Of a DNA stretch of 64,000 nt, positions 40,113 to 49,960 are shown piece after piece. Numbering within the stretch: position 1 is the first letter of the stretch; each line of letters opens with the position of its first letter. The notes under the pieces are model-generated. The model searched no databases. It was not told the origin of the DNA and saw nothing but the letters and a program-made list of their open reading frames with translations. Origin of the DNA: a plasmid; sequence record CP019900.1. One strand, 5' to 3'. A program made the position numbers and the translations under genes.

Positions 40113-41169
40113 GGCTTTGTTGAATAAATCGAACTTTTGCTGAGTTGAAGGATCAGATCACGCATCTTCCCGACAACGCAGACCGTTCCGTGGCAAAGCA
40201 AAAGTTCAAAATCACCAACTGGCCCACCTACAATAAAGCCCTCATCAACCGTGGCTCCATAACTTTCTGGCTGGATGATGAAGCTATTCAGGCCTGGTAT
40301 GAGTCAGCAACACCTTCTTCACGAGGCAGACCTCAGCGCTATTCTGACCTTGCCATCACGACTGTGCTGGTCATTAAACGCGTATTCAGGCTGACCCTGC
40401 GCGCTGCGCAGGGCTTTATTGATTCCATTTTTTCTCTGATGAACGTTCCGCTACGTTGCCCGGATTACAGCTGTGTCAGCAGGCGGGCAAAGTCGGTTAA
40501 CGTCAGTTTCAAAACGTTCACCCGGGGTGAAATCGCGCATCTGGTGATTGATTCCACCGGGCTGAAGGTCTTTGGTGAAGGCGAGTGGAAAGTCAAAAAG
40601 CATGGCCAGGAACGCCGTCGTATATGGCGAAAGTTGCATCTGGCAGTTGACAGCAACACACATGAAATCATCTGTGCAGACCTGTCGCTGAACAATGTGA
40701 CGGACTCAGAAGCCTTCCCGGGTCTTATCCGGCAGACTCACAGAAAAATCAGGGCAGCATCGGCAGACGGCGCTTACGACACCCGGCTCTGTCACGATGA
40801 ACTGCGGCGTAAGAAAATCAGCGCGCTTATCCCTCCCCGAAAAGGTGCGGGTTACTGGCCCGGTGAATATGCAGACCGTAACCGTGCAGTGGCTAATCAG
40901 CGAATGACCGGGAGTAATGCGCGGTGGAAATGGACAACAGATTACAACCGTCGCTCGATAGCGGAAACGGCGATGTACCGGGTAAAACAGCTGTTCGGGG
41001 GTTCACTGACGCTGCGTGACTACGATGGTCAGGTTGCGGAGGCTATGGCCCTGGTACGAGCGCTGAACAAAATGACGAAAGCAGGTATGCCTGAAAGCGT
41101 GCGTATTGCCTGAAAACACAACCCGCTACGGGGGAGACTTACCCGAAATCTGATTTATTCAACAAAGCC
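40113..41169 (+). mobile_element. IS903 copy 2 (1057 bp) with perfect 9-bp target site duplication GGGCTGAGG (40104-40112 and 41170-41178)
   Basis: IRs GGCTTTGTTGAATAAATC / rc; identical 9-mers abut both ends. Confidence 0.9.
40145..41113 (+). CDS. IS903 transposase (differs from copy 1 at 2 aa and about 20 nt, mostly clustered)
   Basis: 322-aa ORF. Confidence 0.9.
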   Translation: MKDQITHLPDNADRSVAKQKFKITNWPTYNKALINRGSITFWLDDEAIQAWYESATPSSRGRPQRYSDLAITTVLVIKRVFRLTLRAAQGFIDSIFSLMNVPLRCPDYSCVSRRAKSVNVSFKTFTRGEIAHLVIDSTGLKVFGEGEWKVKKHGQERRRIWRKLHLAVDSNTHEIICADLSLNNVTDSEAFPGLIRQTHRKIRAASADGAYDTRLCHDELRRKKISALIPPRKGAGYWPGEYADRNRAVANQRMTGSNARWKWTTDYNRRSIAETAMYRVKQLFGGSLTLRDYDGQVAEAMALVRALNKMTKAGMPESVRIA

Positions 41170-41405
41170 GGGCTGAGGGCCAATGGAGAGAAAACGTACG
41201 CCAACAATGTAATTCATTATTAATATTTATATTTATTTCCCCGCTCTCACCTTACAAGTGCTGCTTCCTTTTTTATTTTCCTCTTCCCAGCGTTTACGCA
41301 CCCAAGTTGTCTTTCATTTGCAATATTTACGAAATTTTTCAGTAACAATCGAGAGTTAAAAATTAATTTCGGATTAAAATTATTAAAAGGATTTGGTTTA
41401 ATTGT

Positions 41406-42296
41406 ATGCGGACAGGTGAAATTTCTATTCAGAGAATACCGGTGTCTTACTCACTTGAACACACCATGTCACACAGCCTTGAACGATATGTAGAACAAAA
41501 ACTTACTACCGATTTACTGGAACATGTTGCAGCTAATCGCATTCCTATCGTAGTTGAAAACCATGAAGGCAGTGGCTTTTTTCCAAATCAGATTGATTTT
41601 TGTTACCGGCAAACATCCAGGGTGGTTAACAGTTTCAGACCCACCTGGCATACTCATGTTGACGCTGATCAACAGGAATCCGTCATACTTCGTATTCCTT
41701 CAGGTTATGACTATATTCGTCATTTTTCATCACTTGTATTGCATTACCTTAAAGCCCGAATATCGAGTCCGCAGGAGCTTATTACTATTAAGTATGAACA
41801 GCTTAACGATCGCCGTTATCCAGCCATGACCGGCCTTAATACTCTCGACATTGTACCGGGTAGCCAGATTATTATTGGCTGTTGTGACTTGCTGATTTCT
41901 GAAATGGCTGACCAAATCCTTTCATTTGAGGAAAACGATTTTTATACCTGCTGGAAAGCCAAGGATAACGTGGTATTTCTCGGCTGTAAGTTCAGCTTCT
42001 GGGGTAGGCTTTCCGGCAGCATCGTCCGTTTTATCTGTGAGCATTTTCAGCCAGCTGAAATCATCTACTTCGGCAAACTAGGGACACTGACTGCGCCTTC
42101 CGACATCTACGAGAAAATTTTCACACCTTCGCAGTTCCTGATGTACAACTGCCTGACAAAACTCGGGCCGACCATCACGTTGAATAACAGTATGGCACAG
42201 TTCAATGACAACGGTCTGGTTGGTGTTCATGCGTCAGTTCCTACGATCATGGAAGAAACATTTATGCAGCGTCTAAGCGCAGGAAGCGGTGACTGA
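41406..42296 (+). CDS. hypothetical 296-aa protein in AT-rich foreign DNA; C-terminal half loosely resembles a nucleoside phosphorylase/nucleosidase (PNP-UDP-like) fold; last codons fused to the IncFII tap/repA1 leader
   Basis: about 40% GC versus about 55% for the rest of the window; segments ...[12 protein letters not shown]... and ...[10 protein letters not shown]... reminiscent of PNP-family glycine-rich blocks (weak); ends ...SAGSGD* similar to the recalled Tap leader-peptide C-terminus. Confidence 0.45.
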   Translation: MRTGEISIQRIPVSYSLEHTMSHSLERYVEQKLTTDLLEHVAANRIPIVVENHEGSGFFPNQIDFCYRQTSRVVNSFRPTWHTHVDADQQESVILRIPSGYDYIRHFSSLVLHYLKARISSPQELITIKYEQLNDRRYPAMTGLNTLDIVPGSQIIIGCCDLLISEMADQILSFEENDFYTCWKAKDNVVFLGCKFSFWGRLSGSIVRFICEHFQPAEIIYFGKLGTLTAPSDIYEKIFTPSQFLMYNCLTKLGPTITLNNSMAQFNDNGLVGVHASVPTIMEETFMQRLSAGSGD

Positions 42297-43015
42297 TCTC
42301 CTTCAAAACCACTATTCACAGGTTAAGAACCCGAATCCGGTATTCACGCCACGTGAAGGGAAAAAGACCCTGCCGTTATGCCGTAAGCTGATGGCGAAAG
42401 CCGAAGGTTTCACATCCCGTTCGCGTGCAGCGCTCGATTACCAATATGGCCATCGAGTGTCACCAGGCCACCGAGTCCAGAAGCGGCAACCTGTCGATCA
42501 CCCGCGCCACTCGGGCGCTGAAGTTTCTGACCGAGCTGGGGCTGATCACCTATCAGACGGAATATGACCCGCAAATCGGCTGTAACATCCCGACCGATAT
42601 CACGTTCACCCCGGCCCTGTTTTCCGCGCTCGACGTTTCTGAGGTTGCTGTGGTGGCCGCGCGCCGCAGCCGTGTGGAGTGGGAAAATCAGCAGCGCAAA
42701 AAGCAGAAACTGAAACCGCTGGAGATGGACGAAATGATCGCAAAAGCGTGGCGGTTCGTGCGTGAGCGTTTTCGCAGCTACCAGTCTGAACGCAAAAGTC
42801 ATGGCCGGAAGCGGGCTACCGCCAGGCGGGATGCTTCACGGCAGCGTAAGGATATCGAGACGCGCGTGCGTCAGCAACTGACCCGGGAGTACGCCACCGG
42901 CCGCTTCAGTGGCGATCATGAAGCGCTCAAGCGTGAGGTTGAGCGTCGTGTGCAGGAGCGCATGCTGATGTCGCGCGGGAACAACTACACGCGACTGGCG
43001 ACTGTCCCCATATAA
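42289..43015 (+). pseudogene. repA1: IncFII RepA1 replication initiator with an approximately 130-nt internal deletion and frameshift
   Basis: N-terminal [24 protein letters not shown]...FTSRS and C-terminal ...[54 protein letters not shown]... match recalled R100 RepA1, but in two frames with about 45 residues missing. Confidence 0.75.
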
Positions 43016-43300
43016 CGTCCCTTCCTTTGAAAATCCGACCGGCGCCGGAGGCTTTCGCTCGCCTGTTACCTGCCATTGCTGATCTTATGAGCAATGAGGT
43101 CTCCCCACTTATCAGAATCGTCGTCTTCCTGGCGCCATACTGGCCAGAAATGTTATCGCCGGCGTCACTTCTAACGGCCGGTTTTTGTTATTCACAAATA
43201 ACTGCAAGGGAGTATTTCATATGGCGCTAACCGATGATTTTGCAAAGCGCCAGCCGTCGGACTTTCAGGGCGCGTGGTTCCTTTTAAACATCAGCTCTGT
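43016..43300. other. presumptive oriR-like region downstream of repA1
   Basis: position only. Confidence 0.25.
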
Positions 43301-44403
43301 ATCTCTTTTAAAGATCCTTTAATAAATCCTGTAAACACATAACCTGTTCATCGCCTGCCCAGTGGACAGGCTCCGGGGAATGCCCGCCCTTGCAGCGACC
43401 TGACGGTCGCGCCGGTTCGGTAACATCAGAGAAAGCTCCCATCGCTTCGCGACGGGCCCCGACCGGAGAACTGCATTAGTTACAGCATTCAAAAGGAAAT
43501 CCATCATAAAACCGGCGCCGGTTTGCCGGCCAGGAGCCCCTCCCCACCACTGAAAAGCGCCGCCGCCCCCGGCCGAAGGCCGGGGAACAACATCGCTTTT
43601 AATGATGAGTGTTGTAACTACTCTTCTTCATCGCTGTGGGTGGAGCTGCGGTCAGTTGTCTGGTACACGCTCGTAAGCGGCCCTGCGGCCCTGCGGCCCT
43701 GCGGCCCGCTAACGCGGAGATACGCCCCGACTGCGGCCTCGCCTTGCCGGGTCAACTCCGACCGCGTACAGCGGCGTCTGAGATGTTTTCGCGGGTATGG
43801 CTTTGCAGCTACCATGTTAAGTTCCCTGGTGTCGCTGAGATTTTTTATGAACATCCCCCTAAGCGTCAGCAGCAAGCTGCCGCCGCTAAGGCCCCGGAAA
43901 TCACGCCCTTTACGTCGTAAACGCCGTAAAGCCCGCTCACCGGGGTTAAAAGGGATTACATTAACTTCTTCATTGCTGTTAGCGGGTTAAAGCTAATCAG
44001 GGCAGGGGGAGGATGGCAGAATTTATAGCCCGGTAACCGGCTACGCCGGGCTTTCGGCGCCATTTGACTCCACAGACACATGTAACCTCATCTGGCGCCT
44101 CCATGCCGCTGACGCGGCATCCAGAAGCTTCCCGATGCTGTAAATCTTAACGTCTGCTTTGTTCAAAAAGTAATTCGTGCCTAATATACGTTCATTAACG
44201 TATGTCCCAGCTTTGATACAAATAAATGCACCAGGAAGCGGCAGGCTGAGTAACCAAGAACCCCTTAGAATATAGGATGATTTGTATCGGCACTCATTAC
44301 ACCATGCTTTCCGATTAACGCCGCATAGCAAGTTGAACTTTGCTACTCTGTGAAAGGTAGTGTCTTCTATCCAGTGCGGATTTAATTAATGGAATAAATG
44401 ATT

Positions 44404-46401
44404 ATGAGTGAAAATGATACAATCCCGAAGAAGTCTACAAGCCAGATTAACAAAGCGGTATTTTTTACATCTGCTTTGCTGATTTTCCTTCTTGTTGCCT
44501 TTGCCGCCGTATTCCCGGATGTCGCCGACAAAAATTTTAAACTACTTCAGCAACAAATCTTCACGAATGCCAGCTGGTTCTACATCCTTGCTGTGGCCCT
44601 GATTTTACTGAGTGTCACGTTCCTGGGACTCTCACGCTACGGTGATATCAAGCTGGGCCCGGACCATGCGCAGCCTGATTTCAGCTACCACTCCTGGTTT
44701 GCGATGCTTTTTTCGGCAGGGATGGGGATCGGACTGATGTTCTTTGGCGTTGCCGAACCTGTAATGCATTATCTTTCGCCTCCCGTCGGCACCCCGGAGA
44801 CCGTTGCGGCAGCGAAGGAAGCAATGCGTCTGACCTTCTTCCACTGGGGACTGCACGCATGGGCAATTTATGCCATTGTGGCGCTGATTCTGGCGTTCTT
44901 CAGTTACCGTCACGGTCTGCCGTTAACCCTGCGCTCCGCACTCTATCCCATTATCGGCGATCGCATATACGGGCCTGTAGGTCATGCGGTTGATATTTTC
45001 GCTGTTATCGGCACGGTCTTTGGCGTTGCGACCTCGCTGGGTTATGGTGTTTTGCAGGTGAATGCCGGTTTGAACCATCTTTTCGGGGTGCCCATCAATG
45101 AAACGGTGCAGGTTATTCTGATCGTGGTCATCACGGGGTTAGCGACGATTTCAGTGGTGTCCGGCCTGGATAAGGGAATACGTATCCTGTCTGAGCTCAA
45201 TCTGGGTCTGGCGTTGTTGCTCCTGGCGCTGGTCCTGTGTCTGGGACCAACCGTGCTTCTGCTGAAGTCATTTGTGGAAAATACGGGCGGTTATCTTTCG
45301 GAACTGGTGAGTAAAACGTTCAACCTTTACGCGTATGAGCCTAAGTCGAGCAACTGGCTGGGGGGCTGGACATTACTGTACTGGGGATGGTGGCTTTCAT
45401 GGTCGCCGTTTGTGGGGATGTTCATCGCACGGGTCTCCCGCGGGCGAACCATTCGCGAGTTTGTCACCGGCGTGCTGTTTGTTCCCGCGGGTTTTACGCT
45501 CATGTGGATGACGGTGTTTGGTAACAGCGCGATCTATCTCATTATGAACCAGGGGGCCACAGACCTCGCCAGTACCGTTCAGCAGGATGTGGCGCTGGCC
45601 CTGTTTAATTTCCTGGAGCATTTCCCGTTCTCTTCCGTGCTGTCATTCATCGCAATGGCGATGGTCATCGTCTTCTTTGTCACGTCTGCTGATTCAGGGG
45701 CAATGGTTGTTGATTCTCTGGCATCAGGTGGAGTGGCAAACACACCCGTCTGGCAGCGAATATTTTGGGCCTCGCTCATGGGCATTGTCGCAATTGCGCT
45801 TCTCCTTGCCGGAGGGCTAAGTGCGCTGCAAACAGTGACAATAGCGAGTGCATTGCCATTCTCAGTGATCTTACTGATATCTATATACGGACTTTTAAAA
45901 GCTTTGCGCCGGGATTTGACCAAGCGTGAAAGCCTGAGCATGGCGACAATTGCTCCTACGGCTGCACGTAACCCAATTCCCTGGCAGAGAAGGTTACGCA
46001 ATATCGCGTATCTGCCGAAGCGATCTCTTGTGAAACGTTTTATGGACGACGTCATCCACCCCGCCATGACGCTGGTTCAGGAAGAGCTGAACAAGCAGGG
46101 GACGATAAGCCACATCAGTGACGCAGTCGACGATCGTATTCGTCTTGAAGTCGATTTGGGTAACGAGCTGAATTTTATATATGAAGTGAGGCTTCGCGGG
46201 TATAGCTCACCGACCTTCGCGCTCGCCGCGATGGATAATAATGAGCAGCAGACTGAACAACATAGATATTATCGCGCTGAGGTATATCTCAAAGAAGGCG
46301 GTCAAAATTATGATGTGATGGGCTGGAACCAGGAGCAGCTGATTAATGACATACTGGACCAGTACGAAAAACATCTGCACTTCCTGCACCTGGTTCGTTA
46401 A
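44404..46401 (+). CDS. BCCT-family (betaine/carnitine/choline) transporter with long cytoplasmic C-terminal extension
   Basis: 12-helix core with BCCT-like tryptophan-rich segment ...WTLLYWGWWLSWSPFVGMFIARVSRGRTIREF... Confidence 0.75.
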   Translation: MSENDTIPKKSTSQINKAVFFTSALLIFLLVAFAAVFPDVADKNFKLLQQQIFTNASWFYILAVALILLSVTFLGLSRYGDIKLGPDHAQPDFSYHSWFAMLFSAGMGIGLMFFGVAEPVMHYLSPPVGTPETVAAAKEAMRLTFFHWGLHAWAIYAIVALILAFFSYRHGLPLTLRSALYPIIGDRIYGPVGHAVDIFAVIGTVFGVATSLGYGVLQVNAGLNHLFGVPINETVQVILIVVITGLATISVVSGLDKGIRILSELNLGLALLLLALVLCLGPTVLLLKSFVENTGGYLSELVSKTFNLYAYEPKSSNWLGGWTLLYWGWWLSWSPFVGMFIARVSRGRTIREFVTGVLFVPAGFTLMWMTVFGNSAIYLIMNQGATDLASTVQQDVALALFNFLEHFPFSSVLSFIAMAMVIVFFVTSADSGAMVVDSLASGGVANTPVWQRIFWASLMGIVAIALLLAGGLSALQTVTIASALPFSVILLISIYGLLKALRRDLTKRESLSMATIAPTAARNPIPWQRRLRNIAYLPKRSLVKRFMDDVIHPAMTLVQEELNKQGTISHISDAVDDRIRLEVDLGNELNFIYEVRLRGYSSPTFALAAMDNNEQQTEQHRYYRAEVYLKEGGQNYDVMGWNQEQLINDILDQYEKHLHFLHLVR

Positions 46402-46463
46402 CAGCAACATGCCGTCCTGGGGGCGGCAATTATTTATCCCGGCCGCAATATGAGGAATGCAGA

Positions 46464-47741
46464 ATGATTTCACGCTGGAAATGGATTCTGAAGCAGACAT
46501 TTAAAAAGCTATGGTTCAGGGCAACGTTATTCGCCATTGTCGCGATAATAACGGCCCTTTTATCAATTCTTTTTAAATCAATGATACCTGAGTCGGTTTC
46601 CGTGAAGGTTGGTGCGGAAGCAGTCGATAACATTCTGAACATACTGGCATCGAGTATGCTGGCAGTGACCACTTTTTCGTTGAGTATCATGGTCACAGCC
46701 TACGGTTCAGCCACTACTAATGTGACTCCCAGAGCTACGCGTTTAGTTGTTGAAGACGTGACCACACAAAATGTACTGGCCACCTTCATCGGTTCTTTTC
46801 TCTTCAGTCTGGTAGGGATTATTGCCCTCAATATGGGAGCTTATGGAGAAAGGGGGAGAGTCATTTTATTCATTGTCACACTGGTTGTCATTGCCTTAAT
46901 CCTCATCACATTGCTTCGCTGGATACAGCATTTGACCTCTCTGGGGAGGGTTGGTGAGACAACGGCAAAAGTAGAACAGGCGGCCATCGAATCATTTATT
47001 GCGAGAGCAAGAAATCCCTTTCTCGGCGGATATCCATGGCTTGAGAACAATGAACAGCCGAAAGGAACGGTTGCAGTTTATCCGAAGAAGATTGGCTATG
47101 TTGAATATATTGATATGGTGAAACTTAGCAAACTGCTGACCAATGATCCCCGTCATGTATACCTCGTGGCGCAGCCAGGCAGTTTCATACATCCATCCAT
47201 GCCAGTTTTGTACCTGAGTCAAGGCCAGGAGTCATCAATCAGCGCCGATTTACTTGAGACGATTATTGTCTCGGATGTACGTTCATTTGCTCAGGATCCC
47301 CGATTTTGTCTTAGCGTCATGGCCGAAATAGCCTGCCGGGCCCTTTCCCCCGCAGTGAACGATCCTGGAACCGCCATTGATGTCATTGGCAGAGGTGTTC
47401 GTATACTTTCCACTTACGCGCAGAATAAATCTGATGAAATAGAAGTGAAATATCCTTCAGTTCATGTTGCACCACTTCAGAATAACGATCTACTGGAAGA
47501 CTTTTTCTCACCTGTCGCGCGCGATGGCGCCAGTATGAGGGAGATTCAGATAAGAGTCCTTAAAGGACTGTCTATGCTGAGTAAGGGTTGGCCTGGGGTA
47601 TTTTCTGAGGCCGCGCATAATTTAGCATTTGAAACATTAGAGCATGCAACACGTGCTGACCATATAAATTCTGAAAAATATCTAATAAAATCAATTTATT
47701 ATAATTTATTTGGTGGCGAAGATTCTAATAAAAAACCATAG
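46464..47741 (+). CDS. Membrane protein of the DUF2254-like type (N-terminal TM helices, large soluble C-terminal domain)
   Basis: 425-aa ORF, AT-rich codon usage; family assignment from memory only. Confidence 0.5.
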   Translation: MISRWKWILKQTFKKLWFRATLFAIVAIITALLSILFKSMIPESVSVKVGAEAVDNILNILASSMLAVTTFSLSIMVTAYGSATTNVTPRATRLVVEDVTTQNVLATFIGSFLFSLVGIIALNMGAYGERGRVILFIVTLVVIALILITLLRWIQHLTSLGRVGETTAKVEQAAIESFIARARNPFLGGYPWLENNEQPKGTVAVYPKKIGYVEYIDMVKLSKLLTNDPRHVYLVAQPGSFIHPSMPVLYLSQGQESSISADLLETIIVSDVRSFAQDPRFCLSVMAEIACRALSPAVNDPGTAIDVIGRGVRILSTYAQNKSDEIEVKYPSVHVAPLQNNDLLEDFFSPVARDGASMREIQIRVLKGLSMLSKGWPGVFSEAAHNLAFETLEHATRADHINSEKYLIKSIYYNLFGGEDSNKKP

Positions 47742-48232
47742 TTGCGGAGCAAGCGATTCGGTTGTTGGCAAGTAAAGGGGGTCCGCTTGGAAAACGGAAT
47801 CTATGGTCACTCCCGTTTTTGCAACACCGATTTTGACGACAAGTTGGCTTGCTTGAATCTATCCGGCGTCTGAATGGGATTTTATTCCCGCGCCTCGATG
47901 AGTTCCGCGCCTGATGAACCTCCAGAAAATATACGGCTTCAATGAGCCTTTCCGTTTTACAGGTTCCTCAACAGGCCGGTGGGCCGTTAGTATCATCAAT
48001 ATCAGTATTCGCAAAACCAGATGAATGATTGTTTAAACTGGTGTATTTCTGCCTTTATGCTTCGTAAGTTTGCTGTCGCGCCGTCAGTGCCCAGGCTATT
48101 CTGGCCAGCTTGTTTGCCAGAGCACAGGTGACGACAAAGTTGCTTTTCCGACACAACAACTCCCTGACCCAGTCGGCCAACTTGCCAGACTGGTGTTCCA
48201 GTTTTTGTATACTTCAAAAGGGACGAATTTGT

Positions 48233-48904
48233 ATGTCACGACGCCATATTTTCACCGAACGGCAGCGAGCAGCGCTGTTCGATCTGCCCACGGACGAACT
48301 GTCGCTACTGAAGTTCTACACGCTGGGCGATGATGACCTGGAAAACATTAGGCAGCGCCGCAGACCGGAAAACAGGATTGGCTTTGCCCTGCAACTTTGT
48401 GCCTTACGATATCCGGGCCGTGCACTGGCTCCTGGTGAGATGATCCCGCGTGAAGTCCTTTCCTTCGTCGGTGCTCAGCTTGGAGTTCCGGCTGATGCGC
48501 TTCTCACTTATGCCACACGGCGCCAAACCCGTCAGCAGCACATGGACACGCTGCGCGAAATTTACGGCTACAAGACCTTCACGGGCCGTGGTGCCCGTGA
48601 TCTGCGGGAGTGGACTTTCGGCCAGGCCGAAGATGCCAGATCAAACGAGGATCTTGCTCATCGTTTTATTGTGCGGTGTCGGGAAACTTCCACCATTCTG
48701 CCCGCAGTATCGACAATCGAGCGCTTGTGCGCGGATGCTCTGGTCGCCGCTGAGCGGCGGATTGAAACGCGGATTGTGGAAAATTTAACAGCGGATGTTC
48801 GCGATCACCTGGACAAACTTCTGAGTGAAATGCTCGCCGGCAATATCAGTCGTTTCATCTGGCTTCGCAACTTCGAGGTTGGTAACAACTCGGCTGCTGC
48901 TAAC
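48233..48904 (+). pseudogene. tnpA: N-terminal about 225 codons of a Tn3-family transposase (Tn21-subgroup-like), cut at the left IR of the ars transposon
   Basis: MSRRHIFTERQRAALFDLPTDELSLLKFYTLGDDDLENIRQRRRPENRIGFALQLCALRYPG resembles the Tn21 TnpA N-terminus; reading frame runs into IR. Confidence 0.7.
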
Positions 48905-49179
48905 GGGGTCTGAGGGCCAATGGAACGAAAACGTACGCTAAGGAAATAACCAATTGTTATAATTGATATTATTCATTCTTCTCTATGAACTGAAAGCCCG
49001 CACTAAGCAATGTTTTAGCCTCAAATGACTTTTTTACCTACCCAACTAACGTAACGATCGCACATCAGGTCGTTTTTCAACCGCATAGTGACACCTGCAC
49101 TCACATGCGAGAAAACACATATGATTTTGACTTCTTGTTTTGGTGGAGAGACAATACCCATTCATAGCAGGAGTACATA

Positions 49180-49533
49180 ATGCCAGAAATTGCATCCCTA
49201 CAACTTTTCAAAATACTATCTGATGAAACCCGCCTGGGTATCGTGCTACTGCTCAGGGAGATGGGGGAGCTGTGCGTATGCGATCTCTGCACAGCGCTGG
49301 AACAATCACAACCCAAGACCTCCCGCCATCTGGCGATGCTTCGGGAAAGTGGCCTGTTGCTGGATCGCAAGCAGGGGAAATGGGTTCATTATCGCTTATC
49401 CCCGCATATTCCTTCCTGGGCTGCCCTGGTGATTGAGCAGGCCTGGTTAAGTCAACAGGACGACGTACAGGCCATCGCCCGTAAGCTGGCATCGGCCAAC
49501 TGCTCTGGCAGCGGTAAGGCTGTTTGTATCTAA
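49180..49533 (+). CDS. arsR: Arsenical resistance operon repressor ArsR
   Basis: ...LFKILSDETRLGIVLLLREMGELCVCDLC.AL.QSQPK.SRHLAMLRESG.LLDRKQGKWVHYRLSPHIPSWAA... matches R773 ArsR. Confidence 0.9.
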   Translation: MPEIASLQLFKILSDETRLGIVLLLREMGELCVCDLCTALEQSQPKTSRHLAMLRESGLLLDRKQGKWVHYRLSPHIPSWAALVIEQAWLSQQDDVQAIARKLASANCSGSGKAVCI

Positions 49534-49580
49534 AAATTTTGCCTGTACATATATGTTTTTACGAATATGAGGTGTTAAAG

Positions 49581-49943
49581 ATGAAAATGTTAACGGTGTT
49601 TGATCCGGCGATGTGCTGCAGTACCGGCGTTTGTGGTTCAGATGTCGATCAGGTTTTGGTCAATTTTTCTGCTGATGTGCAATGGCTGAAAGGGCGTGGG
49701 GTTCAGATCGAACGTTATAACCTGGCGCAGTAGCCTATGAGCTTCGTTGAGAACGAAAAAGCGAAAGCATTCCTTGAGGCTTCTGGAGCTGAAGGGCTTC
49801 CGCTGCTGTTGCTTGATGGTGAAACGGTGATGGCCGGGCGATACCCAAAACGCGCTGAACTGGCTCGCTGGTTTGGTATACCGCTGGAAAAGGTGGGTTT
49901 AGCTTCCACCAGTTGCTGTGGTGGTAAAACTTCCTGTTGTTGA
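49581..49943 (+). pseudogene. arsD: arsD metallochaperone interrupted by an in-frame amber codon (TAG at 49731-49733, CAG expected)
   Basis: MKMLTVFDPAMCCSTGVCGSDVDQ...IERYNLAQ*PMSFVENEKAKAF...CCGGKTSCC colinear with R773 ArsD (..NLAQQPMSF..). Confidence 0.8.
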
Positions 49944-49960
49944 GTATGTCAGGAGGACAT

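Noticed and set aside
41406-42296. Considered calling the AT-rich ORF repA2/copB
   Set aside because: repA2 is about 85 aa and GC-normal; this ORF is 296 aa, compositionally foreign and unrelated in sequence, so it is reported as cargo fused to the tap end instead.
43523-43990. 155-aa ORF and a CCCTGCGG x3 micro-repeat (43680-43710) downstream of repA1
   Set aside because: Region corresponds to the non-coding oriR/repA4 area of IncFII replicons; ORF has no start context and low-complexity translation; the triple octamer is too short to call a feature.
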